Assembly: GCA_016748015.1 (NCBI GenBank)
Contig: JAAOMT010000550.1
Location: 1 to 32,588, forward strand
Direction of reading: 5' to 3'
From: Geosiphon pyriformis uo1
Lineage: Eukaryota > Fungi > Glomeromycota
Length of the DNA: 32,588 bases
Part shown: positions 1 through 11,773 of the stretch, piece by piece
Layout of the letters: every line of letters starts with the position of its first letter
Numbering within the stretch: position 1 is the stretch's first letter
The notes under the pieces: model-generated
What the model was told of the DNA's origin: nothing
The model's input: the letters and a program-made list of their open reading frames with translations, nothing else
Databases searched by the model: none
Position numbers and translations under genes: made by a program

Positions 1-229
1 AATAAAGCTTAGTCTTAAGAAAAAAGTTATATTATTTACAAAAATTTGAGCTATTAATTAACATAAAATTATTTTTATAATTTCTATTATAATTAATATA
101 TATTATTATTTTAAATTATTACTTATTATTATTTAATTAATAATTCAATTTATACAAAACATAAATATAATTAAAAAAAAATTAATATATTTTTTGTCTC
201 CTTAATTTTATGATCACAACCAAAGCAAA

Positions 230-2290
230 GAGTAAAAAAACTATACTTAATATTTTTTCTGAGATATTTAATAAAATTTCAACCAGAAAAGCTCTCTCTG
301 TTGTAAAAGCAATTAAACAAAATGTTTTAGAAGTCTTTATTTTACTTAATAATTATAAAAAACTGTCTTTGAAAATTACTAAAGCAATTTTTTCATCTTT
401 AACTAATCTTTTACCAGTTAAAGTTTTTTTAAAGAGACATATTTAGATTAGTTTTAGTGTTGTCTCTATTTTTTCAAAAAACCCAAAATTTTTTAATAAC
501 AGACTAGTCAATAAGTTGGTCTTTTCTTTTATAGCTTCTATATTTAATATTGCTAGCATCTTTTTTTTAAAAAAAATGGTCAAAAAAATCAAAAGTTCAG
601 AAAAGTGGGAACAATTACTTGTTTCTGTTATTATTATATTAAACTCCTTTGTAGTTTCCAATAAGATTTTTAATAAAATTTTTATAGTATTATCCAGCAT
701 ATTATCTAAGATAAACCAAAATCAATTACTAGTTGTATTGTCAAATATGGTATTTTTTAACAAATTTTTGCCAGCTTTAAAAGCAAAATAACTATTTTCT
801 GTGGTGTTATCTGTTTTTGAGAACTAAACTAATCAAATAAAAACTGAATTATCTTTTTTTCTGGTTTTTGATGCTGTTGCTAGTGATACATAAGAAATTA
901 TTATTAGTTATCAAAGGTTTGCTAGATGGGTGGTCTTTACTCTGGTGCTTAATATTACTTTTAAGATTAAATTAGGTTATATTAGAGCTGTTTTTTAGTC
1001 TGTATATAGTTTTCTAGATGTGAAGTCAGTATTAAAAAACAATGTAAAGCTCTTTTATATGAAATTTGCTTCTCAGATGTCTTTGGAAGCTGCATTTTTG
1101 ATTGAGCTTACAAGTTCTGTTTGTTTAGTCACTTTTAAAATTGTCAAGTCTTTGGTAGTTTCTTAGTCTGGTTTTTTTTTGCTGCTGTTGTACTGTGTAA
1201 TGTGTCTTTGAATATGTTTGTTGCTAACATTAAGACAGCTCTTAGTGTGTTTGGTAATATTGTTCATATTGTGCTAAAGTCTGTTAATATTTGGCAATAT
1301 GTGATTGTTTATTTTAAAAAGTTAGACTCTACTGTATCCACTTTGAATTATTGGTTAATTTTGGTGAGCAAAGATAATATTAAAATTTCTTTCTTAGTAA
1401 ATTAAAATAAGACTATTCTGTTTTGTAATAGATTTAAAGCCAAGCTAGTCAACCTTTTTTCTGGCTGTACTGCTTTTAAAATCAGTAATATGGTTTTTCA
1501 GGTTGGTGATTAAACATGTTTTATTCCTTATTTTTCTGATTCTGGTCATTATTTCTGGTTTGCTCTGGTTATGTTTAGATCTCAGGTTAATTTAAATGCT
1601 GCTATTGTAAAGATTAGTACACTAAGAAAATATTATATTTGATAGAAAACATCTGATTGTTAGTATTGTTTTAGGTATTAAGAAATGAATTATTTGGCTG
1701 CAGATTGTAAAATATCTCTGTCTCTTTCTTCCAAGACTTCCAAGATGTTTGCTTTATGCTTTGTAAGTACAAAGTCTTATGCTAAGATGTCTGCTCTTCT
1801 AGACTCTTCTAAATTTCTTCTATTAATTACTTTTACTTTTTTTTGGAGGTTGAAGATAATTCTTTAATTTTGTTTTAGCTTATGTTTTTGGAATTTAATT
1901 TGGCCAAATTGTTGATGTTAATTGAATCTATTGTTAAGCCAGTTGGTGGTTTGGTAACTGCTTTTGAACAATTTATTAAGAGTAATTTCATGTTTAGCAG
2001 CAAGTTTAGAAACAAAATTAATAAGCTTATAATATATTTGAGTGTTTTTAGCAAATCTATTGATAAGTTGAAAAAAAAGGTAGTAGTATTAAAGACTGAG
2101 TGTAGCATAGATAATATTAATTTGTCTGGTGATTTTGAAGTTTTAGTTGAAGTAAATGATAAAGTATTTGGTAAGTTAATAGCACTTTAGAAATTTAAAT
2201 CTCTTGAAATTAGGTCCAGTTCCATAAAAACAGCCAAGTGACTTGTTGAATTAGTTTTTAGTAGTCTTATTTTGTTTGATGTAATTCAAA
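230..2290 (+). pseudogene. Decayed ORF1-like (RRM-like plus CCHC knuckle) region of a non-LTR retrotransposon
   Basis: Several short same-strand ORFs (210-446, 516-791, 1202-1405, 1882-2190) look like pieces of one long ORF. 'ALSVFGNIVHIVLKSVNIWQYVIVYFKKLDS' is RRM-like. A mutated Cx2Cx4Hx4C knuckle remains at ~1655-1710 (..YCFRY*EMNYLAADCK). No ORF2 (EN/RT) is visible. The family call is recalled similarity, not a search result. Confidence 0.45.
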
Positions 2291-2738
2291 AGATGTCTAT
2301 CTTGAACAAGTTTTTTTGTAAATTGTCAGCATAGTATAGTCTAAACTGGCTCAAATAGCTGGTTATATATAAAAAGTACATGAACTTTACTTAGTTTAGA
2401 AAACTTGGTTGTTTCAAAGTACTAAGTAGTAGTTGAATTATATTTATTAAAACTAAATAAAAAAATATATATATAATTAATTGCAATAATTAGGTTATAT
2501 AGTATGCTAAACTATATAATAATCAAAAATTTACTAAAATATTTAGTTAACTTATAGTTACAAAAATAATTTGTAGTTTAATAAAATATATTTTTAATTT
2601 ACTAAAATATTAAAAAAAAACTGGATTATAAAATAATGTTATAATAAGTTGCATAAAAAAAAGTTTTATTTTTTTGAAAAAATGTATTTTAATTAGAGAT
2701 AATAATTAGTTATTACAATTTAATTTAATAATAACTGT

Positions 2739-3488
2739 TATTACTTATAGAAAAAAAACAGATATAGAAAAATAGTAAACCAATAAGTGAATAGTATATA
2801 ACACATAAGCACATTGCTCAGCAATGAGGAGCAATGTCAGAAAACATGGCACATTGCTTAAGAAATCATAGCATATTACTCGGGAATATGAGCAATCTCA
2901 TAGAACATCAATTATGTATATATAGCGATAGTGTTAGAAATAGAAAGGGCAGAATCCTAGAGTTAGAAATCTTTCATCTACAAATATTAAATAAATAAAT
3001 CATTCATTATCCAAATCCACTCTCCACTATCAACACTTCATGTTGATAGTAATTAATACTTAACTATACTGGAACAATAGCTCTTGATCATGGCTATTGA
3101 TGAGATACTAACTTGTAATTGCTTTTGTTTATTTCTTTTATTTTCTTTTATTTCTTTTTTGTTATTTCTTTGGTTTTACTAAATTGATTAAGGATTAAGC
3201 ACTGAGATACAGACATCATAGGAACTGATAAAAGACCTGTAAAACAAGAGTAGAACACTCATAAATTTAAGAATAGCTTACCAGGAGGATTACTGGCCAC
3301 TACACTAAGAAAAAAATTCAACAGAATTGTGATTCTGGAAGGCTACTGAAAACAAACTATTAAATCTCTGTCCATTATACAAAGAACTCCACAACCAAAA
3401 CCTTCAGATATCAACACCCGAGTACCAACTAAGCACCAAGCTACAGATTTGTTATTTGATTTGAGACCCCAAATAATCATCTGTAATA
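2739..3488 (+). mobile_element. Solo LTR related to the LTRs of Gypsy element B, with 4-bp TSD CTGT
   Basis: It starts TATTACTTATAGAAA (B LTR: TGTTACTCATAGAAA) and ends TTGAGACCCCAAATAATCATCTGTAATA (B LTR: ...CCCCAAATAATCAACTGTAACA). CTGT flanks both ends (2735-2738, 3489-3492). The 3' two-thirds align with the reverse complement of 12533-13418 and 21898-22774. Confidence 0.88.
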
Positions 3489-4979
3489 CTGTTAATACTT
3501 TCAAGTCTAAACTAAAACCAATTTTCTTGAATATATAATTTTTTTTTTTTTCTTTTTTTAATTTTTATTGCAAAGTAACTAAACAAAATAATTGACATAA
3601 AATTAGTTATTCTATTATAAATTCTATTAATATTTACTGTTTAAAATATAAAAAATTACTTTAAAAGAAAAATTAGCTTATTAAAAATTTATTAGTTTTT
3701 ATTAACAACAAAATTAACAGCAAAATAGCATTAATAATAACAAAAAATAATAATAAAATTTTTTTAATAACAATAGATAATTATTTTTTTTAGCACAAAA
3801 AAACCAAGATTATTTTATAACATATTATTAAATAATTTAATATATATTAAACTTATTTTTTTTATTTTGTTTTATTTGTTTTTCAGTTAAAAAACAGTTT
3901 AACCTAGAATTTCAAGATTTTTGAAATTAGTTTTTAGTTGAATATTTAGCTAAAACTTATTTAATATATTATTATTAAAAAAAATTTTTATTAAAATAAT
4001 TATTAACAACTGCAAAAATTGAAGAAATAAAAAAAAAGTTAATATAATTAAATTTAATTTAGCAGAAATTACAAAAAATTGATTAGCCAAAAGCTTTAAA
4101 AAATATTTAAGAATATTTAAAATCATTTAAGTAAGTATTTAAAAAAAAACAAATAAAAAAAAAACAAATTATTGTGTTAGAAAAAACAGCATTACAAAAT
4201 AAAAAAGCAAAAAAAAATCAGAAATATTATAACCAATAATTTAAAATTTATAACAGTCTGTCAAAAAAAATTAAACAAGCAATTAAGACAGTTTTTTTGA
4301 CATAGTTAATTATAAGTCTATATTTATTAAATTTTGAAAAATAAAAATTAGATTTAGTCTTAAAAACTAATAATATATTAAACATATACAAAAAAAAACA
4401 TAATTAAATTTCTTATACATAAAACAAAAAAACAAATCTAACTTAGTTTATTTAATATAAAGTTTTTAAAAACTAAAAATACAGTTAAAACTAACATTAT
4501 GTTTTTTTTAATTCAAAATACATTATAATATATTTGGTTTTTATATATATAACTAAATGTTAATTGATAATACAAGTTTTTTTTTAATTTAAAACTTTTT
4601 TTAAAAATAACTCTTTGAGATATTTGAAATAAGCAAAAGAAAAAAGTTTTTAGTATTTGTGTTTAAAAAATTTAAATAAACCAAATTAATTATTAAAAAA
4701 CATATTTATTAAAATTTTTTTATTTCTTAAATACAATTTATGTTTTTTCTATATATAATTAGTTACTTAAGTTAATTAAAATTATACTATTTTATATTTA
4801 ACTATCTAATATTATAAAAATATTTGCTTTATAAAACAGTTATATTTAATACTAATTTTAATAAATTTTTAAATTTATACTTAATAATTGTTTTAATTTA
4901 ATATTATATTTTGATATTGTATTCAAAAAATTTCTATCTTAATTTAATTAATACAATATATTTATTAATAATAAGACTA

Positions 4980-5175
4980 CAGTAAACTCTCTCTATAGTC
5001 CCTCTAATTATAGTTACTATCTTCTTATAATCACATTTTTTTAAAAACCAAAACCATATATATATAATATTATCTCCTTATAATTACTTTTACTATATAT
5101 ATCTCTTTATAGTCCCTATTCCCACAAATATGATAGCAGAATATAAGTAATTTCTACTCTCTATAGTCACACTAT
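4980..5175. repeat. TIR plus subterminal repeats (CTC(T)TATAGTCAC-like motif, about 5 copies)
   Basis: Copies read ctctatagtccc, ttcttataatcac, tccttataattac, tctttatagtccc and ctctatagtcac. They are mirrored at ~31990-32185. Confidence 0.75.
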
Positions 5176-6322
5176 AATCATATGATATTAGATATGAACA
5201 TCAGATGTCATTTTATATTTAATTGGACATGTACAGTCAGGTAGATTTCCTGATTTGTCAATAGAAATTATTTTTTTTATGGTAGTAAAAAAAATTAGAG
5301 AAGTTTCTGGAAACAATTGTAAAACACTAAACAAAATTTCTTAAATATTATTTTTCTTCTTTATAAGCTGCCACCACTATTAAAAAACAATGATAGAACT
5401 ATTATATCTGGCTTGTTGTTTGTGAGTATTATGAGAGTTTTAATAATAGTTAACATATGGTACAGTACTGCTGCTCTTGGTGCTTTGGAGACTGGTGGTG
5501 CTTCAGAGACTGGTAGTGCTTTGGAGGCTGTTGCTGTGAGTATTAATGAAGTTACTCTGAATCAAACTTTGGTTAACAAGATTACTTTTTTTTGTATTGA
5601 AAGAAGAAATTAACAGACCTACAAGTGAGAATAATGGCCCAATGGAATCCTCCAGGAACAAGTTTGTTAATGGGACATTGTTCAAGCAAATCAATTGGGA
5701 ATAGAGTTCAAATTTACCTTTCCTTAGAAAAAAAAATGTGATCAGTAATAAAACTCAGAGCATAAGAATTCCAATATATATCCAATAAATACATTTTCAC
5801 ACCAACTTTGACATCCACAATTAAAAAAAAGCTCCATACTAACAATCATATTCATCATTTGACCAATATTTAATATTAGCAAGCAAAAATTTGACTGATA
5901 GTTTTAAAGATGTATTAAAAATCAACTTTTTTGGGGCAAATAAATCTGTATTAAATGCTTTTTATAATCCAAACATAATCATACAGAATGGAGATTCAGA
6001 CTTAGACTTAACATATCATGTTTTAAAAATGCTAATTATAAATGATAATGTACCCAACCCAAGATAAACAAAACTGTACACAATACAATATATTTTTAAC
6101 TTCTTAAAGGATATTTATTAGGCTGTCACATGATTAACTTAATAAGCTTCAAAAACATGATTACTTAAAAGAGGTATTAGAGAATTAATAATAGGTAATA
6201 GTTGTGATTTTATTAACAGATTTACATTTTTTGATAATTTGCTTCTTTACTTGTTACTGGAATTGGTTTCTAAGTACCTAACAATGTTTCTTTAATTTGT
6301 CTTGCTTTAAGAAAGTCTATTC

Positions 6323-7015
6323 TTTTCATTCATGCAATTTTACTGAATTTTTTTATTTCTTTGCTTAATATTCATTCATGGCTAATATCATGAAAAACAC
6401 TATTAAAAACATTTGGATTTACAAACTGTGTCTTTTTTATCTGAACTCGAAATCAATTTAATTTAGCAATAAAGCTAGGACGTGTACGAGACCTGTATAT
6501 TTCACTTTTAGAATATCTGATGACATTAAAGAGATTAATACACAATCTCTCAAATTTGATACAATTACGTGCTGCAATTTCCCAATGCCATTGTGAAGGT
6601 GTAGAAGAAATCAACAATTTGAGCATTTTGTTAATTTTTTCAAGTATTGCATCATGGCCTTGATATTGATTTGAAAGTTTAGATCAAGAAATTACAATTC
6701 TTTCTTGAATCAGCTTGCAAACTTCAGGCTTCAATCATAGCCATTGTTTTTTATCAGCAATTTCAATTAATTGGTAAATAGGATGGCACTGAGCAGACCA
6801 AATTGGTGTAAACATTTGTCTAGCTGCAAGTCTTAATGAAGACCTATTGAAACAAACTCCAGTGTAAAAGTTAATAATTGCTTGTAAATAAAAAAAACTT
6901 GTTTATACTTTAATCTAAACATGGGATTTGTTTCATTTTGGGACCATTCTAAGTAACCTCCAACAGATAGATTTTCCTTAAAAACAACATATGGCCACAT
7001 TAATTTGAAAGCCAT
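6323..7015 (-). pseudogene. Cargo fragment: C-terminal part of an uncharacterised repetitive protein (possibly DUF6589-like/transposase-derived)
   Basis: It is the copy of 30168-30860. It reads through stops as ...FTPIWSAQCHPIYQLIEIAD...QYQGHDAILEKINK...WEIAARNC. Confidence 0.5.
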
Positions 7016-7150
7016 TATATGCCTATATATATTACATATCAAATCTCACGACTTATGATGATTAGGACATTTTTTAAAAAACTGCAGTTGACTTTTACTC
7101 TGATATCTCTGACATTGTATAAAGTATTTTATATTAATATTCCAATTAAT

Positions 7151-7264
7151 ATAGGCATTACTGTGTTTGGAGGGCTTAACAACATAACATTGTGCTATCT
7201 TCTACGCAATTATGCAAGTATGCGGAGGATCAAATTGACAGCCTTTATTATTAATCATCAGTTG
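7151..7264 (+). pseudogene. Cargo fragment: N-terminal PP-loop of a tRNA(Ile)-lysidine synthase (TilS/MesJ)-like protein
   Basis: It reads IGITVFGGLNNITLCYLL...IKLTAFIINHQL. Single transition reversions give IGIAVSGGPDSMALCYLL...IKLTAFIVDHQL, which contains the SGGxDS and VDHxL(R) motifs. Confidence 0.7.
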
Positions 7265-7472
7265 GAAGTAAGAGGCAAAAAGTGTTGCAGATGCATTATT
7301 AAAATTAGGTTTCTTTTTACCAAGAATCTGTTATTTGCACTTAGAATCCTACAGTTGGATTAAAACCTTTATTTTTATAATTTGGCCATTTTTTATAATC
7401 TGAGGCATCTCATATAACATAAAACACTTCATATGTCTAATTAGATATAAAACAAAATAACGTTTGAGACAT

Positions 7473-7781
7473 GCTTTCCAGCAGATACTTATCCATTTTG
7501 CTACCAATTTTTTCTCTTCTGGTAGTTGTTTTCTTTGGTCTAATAACAGTATATGTTCCACTATTATCAGTTATAGTAGTTTGTTTTCCAATGGTCAAAG
7601 TAGCATTTGGATAGTTTTTGATCCAATATTCATGAAGAGTATAGAAGGCATTTTGTATATTTTGATTCAGAAAATAATTGTTCATGTCAATTGAAGATAC
7701 CTCTGTTTTGAGAATGATACATTTATTTATATCTGATTTTTGCTGATCATTTGGGTCAGTATTACCATAACAGATAACCAA
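7473..7781 (-). pseudogene. Element A extra ORF downstream of integrase (truncated at the junction with the pogo copy)
   Basis: ORF 7437-7781 (MVICYGNTDPNDQQKS...RPKKTTTRREK) overlaps the integrase end in another frame. Its last ~12 codons come from pogo sequence. Confidence 0.55.
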
Positions 7782-8952
7782 TCAGATTGTTTGTAATATT
7801 TCTTGAGTTGTGTGCTATAAACAGAGCAATCATTGAATATTGTTCTATATTCATCTTGTAGAATATAAGAACCATTATTCAAAACTTTGTTTACTAAAAA
7901 GAGTCCTTTCCATTGGCTAAAAAATTTATCATTATAGACATTGTCTCTATCTGAACAATATTCCAATACCAAGTCACCAACACTTAAAAAAAGTGTTCTA
8001 TAAGTTTTCTTTTTCTTAAGCTTTTCTTGAAACTGTTTTATCTTTTCAAAGACAATTATTTGTGTCTCTATCAATGAGTCTAGAATGGTACCAAGTCTTC
8101 TTTGCAAAATGTCTTTGTAATTTTCTATTGTGATTTCTTCAAAGGGTATTGTTTCAATGTTAATTTCTATTGATAGTGTTGTCATTCATCCATAGAATAG
8201 ATAAAAGGGTTTATAACTTGTTATGTCATAATTCACAGTTCTATAAGTAAACAAAGCTAAAAGCAGTACTTTGTTCCATAAGTTTGTTTCTTCACTGGTT
8301 TTGGCTAAGGTTTTACATAGTGTTCTATTAAAACGTTCTACTAGGCCATTTATTTGGGGGTGATAAGGGGAGGAAAGTTTGTGATGTATTCCCATTTTTC
8401 TACAAAGTTCTTCAACCAGAGTACTGAGAAAAGCTCTTTTTCTATCAGATAATAGTTTTTTTAGGCAGCCATGGTGACAAATAATATCTTTATAAATGAA
8501 ATTGGCTATTGAAACTGCTGTTTGATCTGGGATGGCTCTTGCTTCTACTCACTTTGTAAGATAGTTGGTAGCTGTGATAATATATCTGTTCTCATCAAGA
8601 GTTATTGTTAAAGGTCCAACAATATCTATACCAATTCTGTCAAATGGTTGGCCAACAAAGATTGGATGGATATCTTTTTTGTGATTGGTTTTTTTTTTCT
8701 TTGGCAAGTGTTACAGGTTTTGATGTACTCAGCAATGTCTTTTCCCAAGGTAGGCCAATAATAGCAAGCTAAAGTTTTCTGAATTGTTTTAGTCTTTTCA
8801 AAGTGTCCAGCTAATAGATCAGTGTACATGTTATAGATCACAATTTCTTTTTCTTCAAATCTAATGACTCTTTGAGGGTGGTCAGAATCTTTTCTATTTC
8901 TTTTATATAACTGGTTCTGGCAAATTAAATAGAATTTTGATTGTTTGCGCAA
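7727..8952 (-). pseudogene. Element A integrase (zinc-binding, rve core, GPY/F-type C-terminus)
   Basis: Motifs AGHF...YYWP...CNTCQR, IGIDIVGPL, SSPYHPQINGLVERFNRTL and WKGLFLV are present, split by stops and frameshifts. Confidence 0.93.
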
Positions 8953-9164
8953 ATGTTCTCTTTGCTGTTATGTGTATTCCAGTGGGTATTGTCCTTTACC
9001 CAAAAATTCCATTAAGGCAGAGTAAGTGTCCAAGTTCATTATCATGTTTGTTTGTGGGGAAGTTACTAATAATTAAGTTGGTTTGGTTTGGAATAGTTAT
9101 ACTGTTACTTGGTGGTAAGTTTGGAGAGAGCATTGGCGTTTTGATAATTAGCTCCTTTGTGATA

Positions 9165-10400
9165 TTAAATATTATCATCGAATTTGTTTAAGTGGAGTAT
9201 CCAATAAGCCATCCATTTATGTTCTAGCTTTTTCTTGTTGTGCAGCCAAACCAAAGCTTGGTGATCTGTTACCACCAAAAACTTCACACCAAGGAGATAC
9301 TTATCCCAATAACTGGTAGCCCAAACTACTGCTAAGCATTTCTGCTCAGTAACTGAATAGTTCTTTTCTGCTAGGGTAAGAGTTCTGCTGGCATATGCTA
9401 TTGCATGCTCTCTGCCATCTTTATCTTTCTGTAACAGGACAGCACCAAGTCTATAGCCAGATGTATCAGTGTAGAGGATAAAAGATTGATCCAAATCAAG
9501 TTGCTTAAGAATTGGTTCAGTGACTAGTTTTTCCTTTAAAGTTTCAAAAACTTTTTGCTGGTGTGTGCCCCAATAGTAGTTGACGTTTTTCCTGAATAGC
9601 TGATTGAGTGGAAAGGCAATTTTGAAGAAATCCTTAACAAATTTGCAATAATAGGAGACCAAACCAAGGAAAGAGTGTAATTTATAAACATTCATTGGTT
9701 GTCTTATGTTCTGAACTTTTTTCACTTTGGCTGGATCAGGGAAGATTCCATCTTTTGTAATAAGATAGCCAAGAAATTGGGTGGATTGTCTTTTAAAGAA
9801 AGATTTGATTGGGTTGATCTTGAGACCTGTATTTCTAAGAAGATCAAAAACTTTCTGTAAATGCTCAAGATGTTTATTTCAGGTTTTTGAGTATACCATT
9901 ATGTTGTCCAAATAGACCAGAACAAAGTTTTCTTTTACTGATTCAAATATTTTGTCTATTAAGTATTGAAATGTGGGAGAAACATTGGTGAGACCAAAAG
10001 ACATGACTGTGAATTTATATGTGCCATACTTGGTGATAAAGGCAGTTTTCTTCTGACTTTCTGGATTCATCTCTACTTGCCAGAATCCAGCAGTTAGGTC
10101 AATGATTGAGAAGAAAGCAGCATCTTTGAATTGATCTAATATTGCATCAATTTTGGGAAGTGGGTACATGTTTCTTTTAGTAATGGCATTTAATTGGCAA
10201 TAATTGACACAGAAGCATAGAGTTCCACCTTTCTTGGATACCACTACAATTGGGAATGCCCATTTACTCTTGGTTTTTTGTATGAATCCAAGATTTTTCA
10301 TTCATTTTATCTCTTTCTTGATAAACTTATCATTGTGGCAATTGGATTAATAAGGCTTCAAATGGATGGGACAGGTTTCTTTGGTGGTAATGATGTGTTG
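9165..10400 (-). pseudogene. Element A reverse transcriptase and RNase H
   Basis: RT motifs are YPLPKID, FSIIDLTAGFWQV, TAFIT and VYLDN (YLDD). RNase H motifs are LYTDTSGYRLGAVL, YASRTL, YSVTEQKCLAVVWA and VTDHQAL. Confidence 0.95.
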
Positions 10401-10621
10401 TATCACATGGATTTTTCCTGGAGTATCACTTTCTTTTGAGATAACTGGGCTGTTTCTAGCCAACAGATTTTCAATGTCTATCTTTCTTTCTTCTAAAAAG
10501 GGTTCATTTTGTTCTACAACTAATGATTGGATTTCAGGTGGTTCATTCTCAAAGGACTTCTGGACTTTTTTTAATTCTTCTCTAGGTATCAAACTGATTG
10601 GTTTCCAATCTTTGTAATAGA

Positions 10622-11766
10622 TCAGGCATGATTTGCATTCATCGCTTGGAGAATACAAAGGTTGATTGCACCAGTACCAGGCACAAGGACCATGCTACCA
10701 ATATCTGTACTTGGCTTTCTTGCCAGGTTTTTGGTCAAAGGTTCTTCTGAGGATATCATAGTAGGGCTATTCACAATGATTCTTTTTCTGTTAGCTTTGA
10801 CATTGTCTAGTGGCTTGCCATTGCTGGTAAAGATAATATAGGTGAGTTCAACAGTTTTTTCTTGTTCTTCTTCTTGGCCACTCTCTTTATTATCTGATTC
10901 TTTTGATTGTTCTTTTTCCTGGTTCTGCTTTGGTGCTGGAGGGGTTGTCCAGTGGCAACACTTAACCATAAAGGACTTCTTACCACATCTGATGGTTAGC
11001 TCACACAGCTCATAGTCAAGCAGTGCTTTAGCTTTCTTGAGCCATTCATTGCCAACAATAATAGTGTATTTTTTAGCTTCAGAAACCTCCATGTCAGTTT
11101 CAATGCTAATGTCATTGATGTGGACAGGAACAGCTTTGGCTATGCCAAGATCTTTCTTTTTGTCACCATGCACATTGGTTATTGGTCTGGTTGAAGACTC
11201 ATCAATTTTTCTTTCAATGGCTTTCAGAAAGTGTTTGGCAATAACACTAACAGATGATCCACTGTTCAGAATCAAGTCAATGAAATAACCAGCCACTTGG
11301 GCTTTACAAATCAATGGAGTGACATTGCTGTTGTCAACAAGTCCAGCTTGACAAGGGCGTTTGTTGGTCTTTGGTGTTTTCTTTTTGAGAATCAAGGATT
11401 TACAGAGATCTTTTCTGAATTGTGGATGGATCATTAGTTGGCCAAAGGTAATATGTGCTGGGGTTTCCATGAGATCTTTGACAACAGAATAAGGGCCAGA
11501 TTTTTGTACAATTTCTGGGGGTTTCAACTTTGGAGGATTTTTAAATACTTTAGTTTTTGGTGGCTTATTGTTATTAACAGTAGAAGTTGATGGTTTGTTT
11601 GGGTCTAGAACAAAATCAACTTTGGCTTTTTTTTTCTTTCTGGTTGATTCAAAAGTGTTGATTACTAGTTCATCTATGTTATGGTTATCATTAGTTAAGT
11701 TAAAAGTGTAAAAAGAGTTTTCTTCTGGTTGGCTTGCACTCTCACCCTTTTGAGATGTGCCTACTA
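10622..11766 (-). pseudogene. Element A N-terminal pol region with aspartic protease
   Basis: IDLILNSGSSVSVI (DSG motif with D>N) and IIVGNEWL are present. The frame is open from the frameshift site at 11767 into ORF 10622-11527. Confidence 0.88.
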
Positions 11767-11773
11767 GTTTAAA
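11728..11773 (-). promoter_or_regulatory. Putative -1 programmed ribosomal frameshift signal (T TTA AAC, gag stop, downstream stem)
   Basis: Gag ends CCT TTA AAC TAG, and the -1 frame is open into the protease. After a 6-nt spacer comes the stem GCAC-ATCTC...GAGA-GTGC. Confidence 0.75.

Larger units (their letters stand above)
4578..7472 (+). repeat. Left arm of a long inverted duplication (partner 29711-32588)
   Basis: Continuous reverse-complement similarity. For example, 4610 CTCTTTGAGATATTTG matches 32540 CAAATATCTCAAAGAG, and ORF 7019-7363(+) matches ORF 29820-30128(-). Confidence 0.95.
4980..7472 (+). mobile_element. Truncated copy of the pogo/Tigger-like transposon (one TIR plus cargo, no transposase)
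   Basis: TA at 4978-4979 is followed by the TIR CAGTAAACTCTCTCTATAGTCC. Homology to the full copy stops about 60 bp before the transposase ATG. Confidence 0.85.

Noticed and set aside
3225-3260. Hammerhead ribozyme core (CTGATAA...) in the solo LTR
   Set aside because: The B LTR copies read CTGGTAA at this position, and no correctly placed GAAA/stem architecture is present.
3493-4577. Possible remnants of coding sequence in the extremely AT-rich stretch
   Set aside because: Too decayed to assign any motif.
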